A stretch of DNA of 60,505 nucleotides, counting the filler. It is 6 parts of 6 records of this genome, joined end to end, with 100 filler letters (N's around TTAATTAATTAA, not from the genome) between each part and the next. Parts side by side here need not be neighbours in the genome. Positions count along the whole stretch, not along the records: positions 49,934 to 60,505 come from SRR22947727_682; 5 more parts are not named here. One strand, given 5' to 3'. Shown one piece after another: positions 59,719 through 60,505 of the stretch (the stretch's first letter is position 1; every line of letters starts with the position of its first letter). Made by a program: the position numbers and the translations under genes. A model generated the notes under the pieces. That model ran no database searches, was not told where the DNA came from, and worked only from the letters and a program-made list of their open reading frames with translations.

Positions 59719-60505
59719 TTAATTTTTTTTGAATTATCGATCATAATGAGATCGGCTAACACAAAAGCTGTCATTGCTATGCCCACAGGTACTGCTCTAA
59801 TTCCAACACAAGGATCGTGACGACCTTTCGTAGAAATTGTTGTGTTTTTTTTATTTTTGGAGATAGTTTCCTTTTTAGCTAAAACGGAACTAGTAGGTTT
59901 TACGACATAACGGAATACAATATCCTGTCCTGAAGATATACCTCCAAGAATTCCTCCGGAATTATTAGTTAAAAATTTAATTTTATTTTTTTTTATTTCC
60001 ATTTTATCTGAAGAGGTCAATCCGTCTTGTTCAATAATATTAAAACCTGCTCCAAATTCTATTCCTTTGACTGCATTGATGGACATAATCGCTTTTGATA
60101 ATTCACTGTCTAATTTTTGGTATATTGGTTCCCCGATATTTACTGGCATATTGGAAACTCTTACTTCAATAATCGCTCCTAATGAAGATCCCTTCTTTCT
60201 ATGATCCAAAATCAATTTTTCCCAAATGGGTATCATTTTTTTATCAGGTGAAAAAAAAGGATTTTTATTTATTATTTTTGAGTCCCACTTCAATCCATCA
60301 ATTTTTTCTGATCCAATTTGTATTACTGCACTTTCAATCTTAATTTTTTTATATTTTGAATTTTTTATTAATATCTCTGATATAGCGCCTGCAGCAACTC
60401 TCATAGCGGTTTCCCTAGCACTTGATCTGCCTCCACCCCTATAATCATAATTCTTATACTTACTCCAGTATGTATAATCAGCATGTCCTGGTCTAAATTT
60501 ATTTT
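59715..60505 (-). CDS. aroC: Chorismate synthase, 5' part outside window
   Basis: Frame extends upstream (FRPGHADYTY...RGGGRSSARETAMRVAAG); SINAVKGIEFG, NNSGGILGGIS, KPTSS, GRHDPC. Confidence 0.97.
   Translation of the reverse strand, partial: NKFRPGHADYTYWSKYKNYDYRGGGRSSARETAMRVAAGAISEILIKNSKYKKIKIESAVIQIGSEKIDGLKWDSKIINKNPFFSPDKKMIPIWEKLILDHRKKGSSLGAIIEVRVSNMPVNIGEPIYQKLDSELSKAIMSINAVKGIEFGAGFNIIEQDGLTSSDKMEIKKNKIKFLTNNSGGILGGISSGQDIVFRYVVKPTSSVLAKKETISKNKKNTTISTKGRHDPCVGIRAVPVGIAMTAFVLADLIMIDNSKKIN

Noticed and set aside
2103-60444. Short antisense or nested ORFs in the track (e.g. 2103-2501, 8151-8435, 11943-12359, 33803-34234, 44909-45247, 50985-51389, 60226-60444)
   Set aside because: Shadows of well-conserved genes, with no motifs of their own

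Overview
This window is not one locus. It is six unrelated AT-rich contigs joined by five artificial 100-bp spacers (N44-TTAATTAATTAA-N44), so gene context must not be read across spacers. A (1-11137): SAR11/Pelagibacter-like dcw cluster on the minus strand, in transcription order rnpB, mraZ, ftsZ, rsmH, ftsL, ftsI, fused murE-murF, mraY, murD, ftsW. B (11238-23269): Pelagibacter-like ftsK, ubiH-like, mnmE, mnmG, rsmG, parA, parB, holA, lptE, leuS, with two parS-like palindromes inside rsmG. C (23370-32818): streamlined alphaproteobacterial aspS, hda-like, ndk, lptFGD, surA-like, pdxA, rsmA. D (32919-43199): accessory region with actinobacterial-type genes in low-GC DNA (Ca. Actinomarina-like by inference): M20 peptidase, HxlR regulator, small proteins, LLM, ABM-like, cupin, acyltransferase, PPOX, APC permease, membrane protein, His phosphatase. 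E (43300-49833): T4-like (cyano)myophage gp17-gp20 module. F (49934-60505): a second, divergent alphaproteobacterial mur/ftsW run that continues into GATase-HDAC-xseB-ispA-dxs, with convergent aroC. Best leads: a stand-alone membrane protein with two D-x3-H...P-x-H triads resembling the CuC/CuD sites of PmoC/AmoC; an unannotated 36-aa 3Cys-1His (CDGSH-like) protein opposite a Cys-sensor HxlR regulator; ftsZ placed between mraZ and rsmH behind MraZ boxes and a LexA-like box. No tRNA, rRNA, CRISPR or IS element was seen. All calls are by motif recognition; no database search was run.
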